Shown here: positions 1-8,535 of the stretch, one piece after another
Numbering within the stretch: position 1 is the first letter of the stretch
Layout of the letters: each line of letters starts with the position of its first letter
The notes under the pieces: model-generated
The model's database searches: none
What the model saw: only the letters and a program-made list of their open reading frames with translations
What the model was told of the DNA's origin: nothing
Source: Elioraea sp.
GTDB lineage: Bacteria > Pseudomonadota > Alphaproteobacteria > Acetobacterales > Acetobacteraceae
NCBI RefSeq assembly: GCF_022842375.1
Contig: NZ_JALHPR010000005.1
Location: forward strand, 134,370 to 198,369
Direction of reading: 5' to 3'
DNA: 64,000 nt
Made by a program: the position numbers and the translations under genes

Positions 1-949
1 GCATGCACTGCGTCTGGTCGATCGCGCCGATCAGCGCGCGGCGGATGGCGGGGTTGTTGAAGGGCGGCTGCAGGTGGTTCACCCGCACCATGCCGACAAA
101 GCCTGTCTGATCGAGCACGCGGACGGTGACGTTGCGCGCACGGCGCAGGACAGAAAGCAGGTCATGGTAGGCGTATTCCTGCCAATCCTGCTCGCCGGCG
201 ATCAGCGCGTTCGTCGCGGTGCCCGTGTCGGGCATCACCTTCCACTCGACCCTGTCGAAATGCACCACCTTCGGCCCCGAGGTCCAGGCCAGCTGCCCGT
301 CGCGCCGCGGCACGTAGCGGTCGAACTTCGTGTAGACGATCTGTGCGCCTGCGATGCGCTCATCCGCCTTGAACCGGAACGGTCCGCTGCCGATGAGCTC
401 GGGCACTTGGCGGAACGGGTCTGTCTCGGCCAGCCGCGCCGGCATCATCGCGCAGACGGGAACCGAGGCTTTGCCGAGCGCGATCGGCAGCAGGGGGAAG
501 GGGCGCTTCAGCCGGAAGCGGATCGTTCGGTCATCGGGGGCGGAGAGTTCGTCCGTCGCGTCCATCAGCGTCTGGCCGAACGGGTCGCGCCGCGCCCAGC
601 GGCGGATGCTCGCCACGCAGTCACGCGCCAGCACACGCTCGCCATCGTGGAACAACAGCCCTTCGCGGAGCGTCAGGTCCCAGCGCCTGCCGTCATCCTC
701 GATGCGGTGGCCGTCGACCATCTGCGGCGTCGCCTGGTAGTTGGCGTCCATGCCGTAGAGCGTGTCGAACACCATGTAGCCGTGGTTGCGCGAGACGTAG
801 GCCGTGGTGGTGACCGGGTCGAGCGTGACGAGGTCCTGCTGCGGCGTGAAGCGCAGCGTCGTCGCCGCCTGGGCGCGCAGGAGCGATGGCCGTGCAACGC
901 TCGCCGCGAGCCCCGCGCCGGCAGCCTGGAAGAGGGTTCGACGTCGCAT
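1..949 (-). CDS. ABC transporter substrate-binding protein, family 5 (peptide/nickel/opine type); 3' end lies outside the window
   Basis: It is absent from the ORF track because it runs off the edge. My minus-strand translation from the ATG (949..947) gives MRRRTLFQAAGAGLAASVARPSLLRAQAATTLRFTPQQDLVTLDPVTTTAYVSRNHGYMVFDTLYGMD..., i.e. an RR (Tat-like) signal plus a family-5 SBP N-terminal pattern. The + ORF 74..1096 is its antisense shadow. Confidence 0.8.
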   Translation of the reverse strand, partial: MRRRTLFQAAGAGLAASVARPSLLRAQAATTLRFTPQQDLVTLDPVTTTAYVSRNHGYMVFDTLYGMDANYQATPQMVDGHRIEDDGRRWDLTLREGLLFHDGERVLARDCVASIRRWARRDPFGQTLMDATDELSAPDDRTIRFRLKRPFPLLPIALGKASVPVCAMMPARLAETDPFRQVPELIGSGPFRFKADERIAGAQIVYTKFDRYVPRRDGQLAWTSGPKVVHFDRVEWKVMPDTGTATNALIAGEQDWQEYAYHDLLSVLRRARNVTVRVLDQTGFVGMVRVNHLQPPFNNPAIRRALIGAIDQTQCM

Positions 950-1085
950 GGGCGGTGCTCCTTAGGGAAGGCGAGGGCGCGCGCCAGCAGATCGCCCCCG
1001 CATCGTTTCGCCGCCAGCATGGGGGACAAATCCGCGCTCGGGCAATCCCCTTTCGGAAACCGTTGCGCGGCCGTGGCGGCGCGGC

Positions 1086-1844
1086 TCAGGGCCTGACGGC
1101 TGGCGTCTCGACGGGCATGCCGGCGGCGCGCGACATCAGGTAGGCCTCGAGCGCGATGGCATCGTGCGAGCCGGGGGCGAAACTCTCCGCCCGCACGCCC
1201 GTCGTGCAGCCGCGCAGCCGCCGTTGGAGCGAACCGAGACCCTGCCACTCCAGGCGGTAGAGCGGATAGCCCGTGGGGTGGCCCTGGGGGATCACGCTGC
1301 CGGCGAGCCGCCGCCCGGCATTGTCGTCATGGCACTGGGCGCAGGAGAGGTTCAGTTGCCCACGCCGCATGCGATAGAGTGCAGCTCCCTCCGCTTGCAG
1401 CAGGGCGATGCGCGGATCATCGGGTGGGGCGATCGGCAGGCCGCGCGACTGGTGCGCCACGAAGGCCGTGAGCGCGAGGCTCGCCTCGCTCTCGCGTGGC
1501 GCCGGGGTCGCCTCCTGGTGGCGGGTCTGGCAGAGGGCGATGCGCCCGGCGAGGTCGACCGCCTCGCCGCGCTCGGCATCGATCGCCGGATAGCGGGCGG
1601 CGACGCCGCGCATCGATGCCGCCGCCTCGCCGTGGCAGTCGGCGCAGGACCGCTCTGTCCGCCCGGCCTTGCGCGACCATCGCCCCTCGCCATCGAGAAC
1701 CCACAGCATGCCCGGGTTGGCTGCATCGTCGGCCTGCATCGCCTGCGTCGCCGCGCTCATGTCGGCGAAGCCAGACCGCCGCTCCTCCGCGCCCGCCGCC
1801 GGCATCGCCGCAAGCAGGAGCGCGGCAAGCACGGCAGCCCTCAT
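1086..1844 (-). CDS. soxA: SoxA-like dihaem cytochrome c
   Basis: These are the last 252 aa of ORF 1086..2231, starting at MRAAVLAALLLAAMPAAGA (signal peptide). It has two CxxCH motifs (CADCH, CAQCH) and an LQRRLRGC region like the Cys-ligand segment of SoxA. Its start overlaps the soxZ stop (ATGA). Confidence 0.8.
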   Translation of the reverse strand: MRAAVLAALLLAAMPAAGAEERRSGFADMSAATQAMQADDAANPGMLWVLDGEGRWSRKAGRTERSCADCHGEAAASMRGVAARYPAIDAERGEAVDLAGRIALCQTRHQEATPAPRESEASLALTAFVAHQSRGLPIAPPDDPRIALLQAEGAALYRMRRGQLNLSCAQCHDDNAGRRLAGSVIPQGHPTGYPLYRLEWQGLGSLQRRLRGCTTGVRAESFAPGSHDAIALEAYLMSRAAGMPVETPAVRP

Positions 1845-2164
1845 GGGGTGACGGTGATGCGGCGCGTCTCCGTCTGCGCGAAGCCGTTGTCGCCTTTCCA
1901 CGTGAAGGTGAGTGTGCCGCTCTCTGTCGCGATCGTGGTGAAGGCGAGATAGGGGTTGGCGGCGATGGCGGGGTGCAACTCGGCGCTGAACACCTCCTCG
2001 CCGTCCCACGCGCAGGCGAAGCGGCGGATGATGTCTCGCGGCAGCACCTCGCCGCTCGAGCCGGGGCGGAAGCCTGTCTCCATCGGGTGCTGGATCAGCG
2101 CGCGAAGCTCGATCACGCTCCCGCGCACGGCGGTGGCCGGCACCTGCAGGATCACGCGCGCCAT
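1841..2164 (-). CDS. soxZ: SoxZ-like sulfur-carrier partner
   Basis: These are the last 107 aa of ORF 1841..3142 (MARVILQVPATAVRGSVIELRALIQHPMETGFR...LTFTWKGDNGF). The gene starts 2 nt after the soxY stop. Confidence 0.85.
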   Translation of the reverse strand: MARVILQVPATAVRGSVIELRALIQHPMETGFRPGSSGEVLPRDIIRRFACAWDGEEVFSAELHPAIAANPYLAFTTIATESGTLTFTWKGDNGFAQTETRRITVTP

Positions 2165-2166
2165 GC

Positions 2167-2613
2167 TCAGCCCTCCACGCAGGCAGCGAGGGTGACGACC
2201 ACCTCGGTGCTCTCCGACCAGAACGAACCATCGCTCATCGCCGCGATCGCGATGATGCGCTGCGACGTCGCGAGCCGCATGCGCGTGGTGATGGCCGCGC
2301 GCCCCGCACGCGGCCCGAGATGGGCGACGATCACCTGCGGCAGGGGGTTGCGCTCGGTGAACACGCCGATGCGCTGCACGTGGTCCTGCGGCGTCATCGG
2401 GCTCTCTACCGTGATGGCGATGGGCACGGTATTGCCGTTCTCGACCAGCGGCGGGATGTCGATCGCCACGCGCCCCTCGCGCAACGTGCCGCCCTCCCCG
2501 AGGAAGGCCGCGATCGCGTCGCGCATCGTCGCCGGCGTGGCCGAGGCCGGGCGCGTGGCGCTGAGCGCGAGGAGGGCAGGGGCGGCGGCCAGCATGGCGC
2601 GGCGTGACGGCAT
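2167..2613 (-). CDS. soxY: SoxY-like sulfur carrier with a non-canonical C-terminal tail
   Basis: 148 aa with a Tat-type signal (MPSRRAMLAAAPALLALSA) and a SoxY-like core (ENGNTVPIAITVESPMT). It has a C-terminal Cys in the tail ...VVVTLAACVEG rather than GGCGG. Confidence 0.8.
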   Translation of the reverse strand: MPSRRAMLAAAPALLALSATRPASATPATMRDAIAAFLGEGGTLREGRVAIDIPPLVENGNTVPIAITVESPMTPQDHVQRIGVFTERNPLPQVIVAHLGPRAGRAAITTRMRLATSQRIIAIAAMSDGSFWSESTEVVVTLAACVEG

Positions 2614-2622
2614 GGGCTGCTC

Positions 2623-3072
2623 CTACTCCTTGAGCGTCACGAGGAAGGCCACCACGTCCTCGACCTCTCCGGCGGTCAGCACCGGCCTGCCGCGCCAGGC
2701 GGCGCCGACGGCGGAAAGCCCCTCGGTGCGGTGATAGGGTGGCATGATCGTGTCCGGGTTCACCCGCGCACTGTCGACGATACGAAGCCGCAACTGTCCC
2801 TCCGAGAGCCTGCTGCCGGCGCCGGCGAGCGAAGGGGCGAGGTTGCCCTGGAACCGCTCCTCCGGGAACGGCCCGGCATGGCAGAGCAGGCAAAGGCCCC
2901 GCTGCCTGTCGGCGACGATGGCACGGCCCCGCGCCGCGTCGCCCGGCCTGCCGGTGAGCGATGCCGCGATCGCGTCGCCGCCGATCATGACAGGCCGTGG
3001 CTCGTCCGCCGCGGCGGGCATCGTGGCCAGCAGCATGGCCACGATGGCGCCACGACGGAGCCCCCCGCTCAC
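2623..3072 (-). CDS. soxX: SoxX-like monohaem cytochrome c
   Basis: The end of ORF 2623..3927 carries a CLLCH haem motif. A GTG at 3072 gives the signal peptide VSGGLRRGAIVAMLLATMPAAA and overlaps the upstream stop (GTGA). The alternative ATG at 3036 would truncate the signal. Confidence 0.7.
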   Translation of the reverse strand: MSGGLRRGAIVAMLLATMPAAADEPRPVMIGGDAIAASLTGRPGDAARGRAIVADRQRGLCLLCHAGPFPEERFQGNLAPSLAGAGSRLSEGQLRLRIVDSARVNPDTIMPPYHRTEGLSAVGAAWRGRPVLTAGEVEDVVAFLVTLKE

Positions 3073-5258
3073 GCGCGCCGAAGGTCCGCGTGCTTGAGCG
3101 GGAGCGAGCGCACCCGCTTGCCCGTGGCGGCGAAGATCGCATTCATCACGGCCGGTGCGGCCACCGCGATCGTCGGCTCGCCGACGCCGCCCCAGAACCC
3201 GCCGGACGTGATGATGATGGATTCCACCGCCGGCATCTCGGCCAGCATCAGTGACGGATAGGTATCGAAGTTCTCCTGCTCGACACGCCCGCCCTTCACC
3301 GTGATCTCCTGGTGCAGCGCCGCGCCCAGGCCATAGACGAACGAGCCCTCGATCTGCGCCTCGATCTGCTGCGGGTTCACCGCATGGCCGCAATCGGTCG
3401 CAGCCACGATGCGGTGGATCGAGAGCTTGCCGTCGTTCGAGACCGAAACCTCGGCGCAGGCAGCGACGTAGCTGCCGAAGCCGTGCGTCTGGGCAAGGCC
3501 GCGGAAGCGCCCGGCAGGCGCGGGCGTTCCCCAGCCGATGCGCTCCGCCACCGCGTTCAGCACCGCCAGATGCTTCGGATGGTTGGTCATGAGCGCGCGG
3601 CGGAAGGCGAGCGGGTCCTTCCCGGCCGCGTGGGCCAGTTCGTCGATGAAGCACTCGAGGTAGATCGCGTTCTGGTTCAGGTTCACCCCGCGCCAGAACC
3701 CTGGCGGAACCGATGGGTTCCGCATCGCGTGGTCGATCAGCAGGTTCGGGATCGTGTAGCCTATATCGGCTTCGCCGCCGCTGGCGTTCAGCCCCTGGAA
3801 CACGACCGGGTCGCGCCCGTCGCGGATGTTCTGCGGGAAGGTGCCAGCGACGATCGACTGCCCCGAGATGCGCATGGTGAGGCCGACGAGGTTGCCCTGC
3901 GCATCGAGCCCGCCGACGAGCTTGCACTGCGTCACCGGGTGGAACCTGCCCTGCAGCATGTCCTCCTCGCGCGACCAGATCATCTTGATCGGCGTTCCCG
4001 GCATCTGCTTGGCGATCAGCACCACCTGGGTCACCCAGTCATGCACGGCGCCGCGCCGGCCGAAGCCGCCGCCGAGGTGGATCTTGTGCACGTCGCACTG
4101 GGTCGCCGGAAGGCCTGATGCCGCCGCGGTTGCCGCGAGCGCCGCCTCGCCGTTCTGCGTCGGCGTCCACACCTCGCAGCGATCGGCCGTCCAGAGGGCC
4201 GTGGCGTTCATCACCTCCATGCACGCATGGTTCTGGTGCGGATACGCGTAGACAGCCTCGATCCGCTTCGCCGCACCCGTGATCGCTGCGCGCGCATCGC
4301 CCGCACGGTTGCCGACGACAGCCTCCGGCGCATCGAGCCCTTCCTTGAGCCAGGCAGCGACGGCCTCTGAGGAGGCGTTCGCGTTCGGCCCCTCGTCCCA
4401 CACGATCGGCAGCGCATCGAGCGCCTTCTTCGCCCGCCACCAGGTATCGGCCACGACCGCGACCGCGTTGTCGCCCACCGGGACGACGCGCTTGACGCCC
4501 GGCATCCCTTGCACGGCCGCGGCGTCGAAGCTCCTCACCTTGCCGCCGAAGATGGGGCAGGCCCGCACGGCGGCGTTGAGCATGCCCGGCAGGGTGAGGT
4601 CCATGCCGTAGACCTGCGAGCCGTTCGTCTTCTCGACCGTGTCGAGGCGCGCGACCGACTTGCCCGCGATCTTCCACGCGCGTGGATCCTTCAGCGGAAC
4701 GTTCTCCGGCGGCGTCAGCCTGCCGGCCGCCTCGGCAACGCGGCCATAGGTGGTCGTCCGCCCCGTCGGGGTGTGGGTGATCACGCTGTTCGCGGCCGAG
4801 CATTCAGCCGCCGGAACGTTCCACGCCGTGGCGGCTGCCTGGACGAGCATCATCCGCGCCGCCGCACCGCCCTTGCGCACGTAGTCCTGGCTTTCGCGGA
4901 TGCCGCGGCTGCCGCCGGTGGAGAAGTTCCCCCAGACGCGGCGTCGGGCGAGGTTCTGCCCCGGCGTCGGATACTCCGTCGTCACCTTCGCCCAGTCGCA
5001 CTCGAGCTCCTCGGCCACGAGCTGCGCCAGCCCGGTGAGCGTTCCCTGCCCCATCTCCGACCGGGCGATGCGGATCACAACGGTGTCGTCGGGCCTGATC
5101 ACCACCCAGGCATTGACCTCCGGCGGGATTGCGGGTGCGGCGCCCTGCGCGACGGCGCTGCGCGTCAGCGGCACGTGGAAGCCGAGGGTGAAGGCGCCGG
5201 CAGCAGCCGTGGCTGTGGCCATCAGGCCGCGGCGGGAGAGTGTGCTCTCTGTCGTCAT
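3069..5258 (-). CDS. Molybdopterin-binding large subunit of an IorB/aldehyde-oxidase-type (xanthine dehydrogenase family) oxidoreductase, Tat-exported
   Basis: 729 aa from MTTESTLSRRGLMATATAAAGAFTLG (Tat signal) within ORF 3069..5786. Typical segments include EMGQGTLTGLAQLVAEELE, HLGGGFGRR and GGVGEPTIAVAAPAVMNAIFAATG. The 176 aa upstream of this start are Arg-rich artefact. Confidence 0.85.
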   Translation of the reverse strand: MTTESTLSRRGLMATATAAAGAFTLGFHVPLTRSAVAQGAAPAIPPEVNAWVVIRPDDTVVIRIARSEMGQGTLTGLAQLVAEELECDWAKVTTEYPTPGQNLARRRVWGNFSTGGSRGIRESQDYVRKGGAAARMMLVQAAATAWNVPAAECSAANSVITHTPTGRTTTYGRVAEAAGRLTPPENVPLKDPRAWKIAGKSVARLDTVEKTNGSQVYGMDLTLPGMLNAAVRACPIFGGKVRSFDAAAVQGMPGVKRVVPVGDNAVAVVADTWWRAKKALDALPIVWDEGPNANASSEAVAAWLKEGLDAPEAVVGNRAGDARAAITGAAKRIEAVYAYPHQNHACMEVMNATALWTADRCEVWTPTQNGEAALAATAAASGLPATQCDVHKIHLGGGFGRRGAVHDWVTQVVLIAKQMPGTPIKMIWSREEDMLQGRFHPVTQCKLVGGLDAQGNLVGLTMRISGQSIVAGTFPQNIRDGRDPVVFQGLNASGGEADIGYTIPNLLIDHAMRNPSVPPGFWRGVNLNQNAIYLECFIDELAHAAGKDPLAFRRALMTNHPKHLAVLNAVAERIGWGTPAPAGRFRGLAQTHGFGSYVAACAEVSVSNDGKLSIHRIVAATDCGHAVNPQQIEAQIEGSFVYGLGAALHQEITVKGGRVEQENFDTYPSLMLAEMPAVESIIITSGGFWGGVGEPTIAVAAPAVMNAIFAATGKRVRSLPLKHADLRRA

Positions 5259-5272
5259 GTGCCCGTTCCCCC

Positions 5273-5743
5273 TCAACCGCTCGTCGCCGGGCCGCCCTCG
5301 GCGGCCCGCTTGATGCCCGCGAGCACCCGGTTGTAGGTGCCGCAGCGGCAGATGTTGGTGATCTCGGCGCGGATCTGGTCCTCGGTCGGCTTCGGCGTCT
5401 GCGCGAGCAGCGCGGCCGCGGCCATCAGCATGCCCGACTGGCAGAAGCCGCATTGCGGCACGTCGAGCTCGACCCACGCCTTCTGCAGCGGATGCTGCGT
5501 CCCCGCGGGCGCGAGGCCCTCGATCGTCACGATTTTCTGCGCCTCGGTGAAGGCGGAGACGGGCGTCGCGCATGAGCGCACGGCCACGCCGTCGACATGC
5601 ACGGTGCAGGCGCCACAGGCGGCGACGCCGCAGCCATACTTCGTTCCGGTCAGCCCGATCTGCTCGCGCAGCACCCAGAGGAGCGGCGTGTCGTCCTCGA
5701 CCGCCACGTCGATCGTTCGTCCATTGACGTTCAGCTTGGCCAT
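5273..5743 (-). CDS. [2Fe-2S]-binding small subunit (IorA/CoxS type)
   Basis: 156 aa from [13 protein letters not shown]. Cys clusters [11 protein letters not shown] and CGFCQSGM...CRCGTY are typical of the two [2Fe-2S] sites. It lies 14 nt upstream of the large subunit. Confidence 0.9.
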   Translation of the reverse strand: MAKLNVNGRTIDVAVEDDTPLLWVLREQIGLTGTKYGCGVAACGACTVHVDGVAVRSCATPVSAFTEAQKIVTIEGLAPAGTQHPLQKAWVELDVPQCGFCQSGMLMAAAALLAQTPKPTEDQIRAEITNICRCGTYNRVLAGIKRAAEGGPATSG

Positions 5744-5965
5744 GTCGCTCCCCGTTCGTTGGGCCTTGGGTCGTAGCCCCCGGCACGTCCCTTCGCTCCC
5801 AGCGGCCTTGGGCCGTCTTGGCAGGGGCGCAACCGGTTGGTGCAGCCAGCCTACGCTATACGCCGGGAGAGGCAATCCCAGAGGGCAATGCGCGCCTCAT
5901 GATGTTGTGACCGGCTTCGTGCGATGCTGCGCTGCGCTGCCGCAGCCCGAGGAAGCGGCCGTCGC

Positions 5966-6892
5966 ATGACCGGAGTGATGCCACCGATGACCATGGCCAG
6001 CCTGCCGGACGAAGCCGTCCACCTGCCTTTCGATGACGGACCGTTCCGCATGGCGATGGGCCTCGTCGCCTGTCCCGAGGATGACTGGCTCGAGATCGAC
6101 GCTCGCTACCATGAGGAGATGGCAGAGCGTCGCGACCTGCTGGCCGCGCGCCATGCCGAGGTCTTTGCTGCCTGCCCGGGCTCTGAGCCGGCGCGCGTGG
6201 AGGTGCTGGAAGTTGTCGCCGCGCATCTTGTGCGGCGATACCCCGCCTGGTTCATGCGTGAGTGCGACACGCTGCATAACGCGTTGACGGGCGAGACGTG
6301 GACGCTCACGGCCCCGCACTGCGATCCGCTCGCGCTCGCTGGCCTGCTGGTGCAGGAGGATCTATGCCTCATCCGCCCTGGCGCGGACGCGGCCGTGCTC
6401 GAAGCAGCGGTGGTGTGCGCGCCGAGCCGCTGGCGGCTTGCGGAGAAGATCGGTCGACCGTTGATGGCGGTTCACGCACCGGTGCCGTTCTACGGAGACA
6501 GGCTCGGCAGCCCGGTCGATCGCTTCATGCGGCAGCTGAAGCCCGGGCGGATCGCTGTCAGGATGAACTGGTCGATCGTCGATGATCCTGCGCTGTTCCA
6601 GCCACATGCTCCATCGCGCCACGAGGCCTGCTCACCGATCACTTCGAGCAATGCCGGCGAAACACTGCATTTCCGCATGGAACGGCAAGGGTTCCGCCTG
6701 ATGGAGCGATCAGGCTCGGTGCTGTTCACCATCCGCGTCCACAGCTATCCGCTGGCCCGTGTCGTTCGTCTCCCCGGCGTCGCGGCGCGGCTCGCCGGGG
6801 CGGTGCGAGCACTGCCGCCCGAGATGTCCGCATACAAGGCCCTCGTGCCGTTCCTCGATCCGCTGCACGCCTATCTCGCGGCGGTGGCGTGA
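5966..6892 (+). CDS. DUF3445 family protein (haem-dependent oxidative N-demethylase alpha-subunit-like)
   Basis: ORF 5924..6892. The sequence (DDWLEID..YHEEMAERRDLL.., QEDLCLI, VCAPSRWRLAEKIG) matches my memory of DUF3445. The start is uncertain: in-frame ATGs lie at 5924, 5966, 5978, 5987 and 5993, and 5966 has GAGGAAG 10 nt upstream. Confidence 0.7.
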   Translation: MTGVMPPMTMASLPDEAVHLPFDDGPFRMAMGLVACPEDDWLEIDARYHEEMAERRDLLAARHAEVFAACPGSEPARVEVLEVVAAHLVRRYPAWFMRECDTLHNALTGETWTLTAPHCDPLALAGLLVQEDLCLIRPGADAAVLEAAVVCAPSRWRLAEKIGRPLMAVHAPVPFYGDRLGSPVDRFMRQLKPGRIAVRMNWSIVDDPALFQPHAPSRHEACSPITSSNAGETLHFRMERQGFRLMERSGSVLFTIRVHSYPLARVVRLPGVAARLAGAVRALPPEMSAYKALVPFLDPLHAYLAAVA

Positions 6893-8535
6893 TGCGGCGG
6901 ATGGCGAAGCGGCCCGATATCCTCGTCGGTGCCGCGATCGGCCTTGGCATGACGGCGCGCGCGGCGGCCGACGGGGGTGCGGATTTTGTTCTCGCGCTCA
7001 ACGCCGGCCGGTTCCGCGTGATGGGTGCGCCCTCGCTCGCCGCGATGCTGCCGATCAGCGACAGCAACGCCTTCACTGACGGCTTCGCCCGATCCGAGAT
7101 CCTCGACCGCGTGGCCATCCCCGTCTTCTTCGGTGCGGCGGCGTGCGACCCGCGCGTGGATGTCATGGCCCTCGTCACGCGAATCCGGCGTATCGGCTAT
7201 CGCGGCATCGCCAACTTCCCGACCGCCATCCATCATGACGGGCCGTTCCGCGCGGCGCTGGAGGCAGCCGGCCTCGGCTTCGCGCGCGAGGTCGAGATGC
7301 TTCGCGCGGCGCGCGGAATCGGGCTCGCCACGCTCGGCTATGCCAAGACGCGCGCGGAGGTCGATGCCCTGCTCGATGCCGGCGTCGAGCATCTCTGCCT
7401 GAACTTCGGCTGGAACGCCGGCGGCAGCATGGGCGTTCCGGGCGGCGTTCCGCTCGATGATGCGGCCGAGCGTGCGCGGCGGATCTTCGCCCATGTGCGA
7501 CGTATCGCACGCGGCACGCTCTGCCTGGTCGAGGGCGGGCCGATCGTCGATCCGACGCACATGATCCGCGTGTGCGATGCCTCGCGCGCCGATGGCTATG
7601 TCGGCGGCTCGACGCTCGATCGCCTGCCGCTCGAGATGTCGGTGATGCAGACCACCTCGGCCTTCAAGACCGCGCGGCTGTTGCGTGACGACCGCGCCGG
7701 CGGGGAGCAGCGGATTGTGGGGCTGCTTGGCGGGTCGCAGGCAGCGCGGACGCTCGCCGAACGGATCGCGAGGCTCGTCGCGACCGACCTGCCGATCGTC
7801 ATCGAAGGCGAGGCCGGTGCCGGCCGCACCTCCGCGGCGCGGGCGATCCATGCCACGAGCCGCCGTGGTGGCAGTGTCGGGTTCATCGATGCGCGCGAGG
7901 ACATCACGGGGGCATTGTTTGGCGAGCGGGGCCGAAACATGCTGGGTGCGGCGCAGAACACGGTTGTCATCGAGCATGCCGATGCGCTGGCGCCGACGCT
8001 TCGCGCACGGCTCGCGGAATGGATCGAGCGCGGCACGTTCGATCGTTTCGCCCGGCCAGACGAACGGCGGCCACGCGCGCGCCTGCTGTTGACGCACCCA
8101 CCTGGCGGCGAGGCGCTCGCCCGCGCCCTCTCGGCACAGCGCCTTGCCGTTCCGCCGCTGCGCGAGCGGATGGAAGACCTTCCAGTCATTGCCCGCGCGA
8201 TGCTGGGTGCAACGGGAAGGCCTGTGCCGGCCCTTCAGCCCGCCGCGCTCAGGCTGCTGATGGCACAACGCTGGCCCGGCAACCTGCGCGAACTGCAGCA
8301 CGCCCTGGCACGCGCGGCGCTCGAGGCCCGTGACGGGCGGATCGATGCCGTGGTGATCGAGCGCGTGCTCGGCCCCGCCCAGGTTGGCGCTGTCACGGAA
8401 GCGATGGATGAGCGTGCCTGGATTCTTGATGCGCTGCGTCGGCATCGTTTCCGACGTGGCGAGACGGCAGCGTTCCTCGGCATCGCTCGGAAGACGCTCT
8501 ACAACCGGATGCGGCGGCTTGGCCTCGACAACTGA
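6892..8535 (+). CDS. Transcriptional regulator: PEP-hydrolase-like TIM-barrel sensor domain + degenerate sigma-54-interaction (AAA+) domain + Fis-type HTH
   Basis: The N-terminus (ILVGAAIGLGMTARAAADGGADFVLALNAGRFRVMG...GIANFPTAIHHDG) is homologous to CDS 15206..16036. The centre has GEAGAGRT, VVIEHAD and WPGNLRELQH. The C-terminus has an HTH (ETAAFLGIARKTLYNRMRRLG). Its ATG overlaps the DUF3445 stop (GTGATG). Confidence 0.8.
   Translation: MRRMAKRPDILVGAAIGLGMTARAAADGGADFVLALNAGRFRVMGAPSLAAMLPISDSNAFTDGFARSEILDRVAIPVFFGAAACDPRVDVMALVTRIRRIGYRGIANFPTAIHHDGPFRAALEAAGLGFAREVEMLRAARGIGLATLGYAKTRAEVDALLDAGVEHLCLNFGWNAGGSMGVPGGVPLDDAAERARRIFAHVRRIARGTLCLVEGGPIVDPTHMIRVCDASRADGYVGGSTLDRLPLEMSVMQTTSAFKTARLLRDDRAGGEQRIVGLLGGSQAARTLAERIARLVATDLPIVIEGEAGAGRTSAARAIHATSRRGGSVGFIDAREDITGALFGERGRNMLGAAQNTVVIEHADALAPTLRARLAEWIERGTFDRFARPDERRPRARLLLTHPPGGEALARALSAQRLAVPPLRERMEDLPVIARAMLGATGRPVPALQPAALRLLMAQRWPGNLRELQHALARAALEARDGRIDAVVIERVLGPAQVGAVTEAMDERAWILDALRRHRFRRGETAAFLGIARKTLYNRMRRLGLDN

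Noticed and set aside
74-1096. A 340-aa plus-strand ORF at the left edge.
   Set aside because: It is the antisense shadow of the minus-strand family-5 SBP, which translates cleanly from the ATG at 949. The product is Arg/His-rich with no recognisable motifs.
5259-5786. A 176-aa N-terminal extension of the Mo-subunit ORF, with similar upstream extensions on the soxA, soxZ, soxX, katG, amidohydrolase, GMC and ABC genes.
   Set aside because: The extensions overlap the upstream genes and are low-complexity Arg/Gly-rich. Internal ATG/GTG starts with RBS and signal peptides give proteins of canonical length.
5781-5796. A sigma-54-like element CGGCACG-tccc-TTCGC on the plus strand upstream of DUF3445.
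   Set aside because: The -24 half is good, but the -12 GC dinucleotide is displaced by one position (TTCGC rather than TTGC). It also lies about 170 nt from the gene. This is not enough to call.
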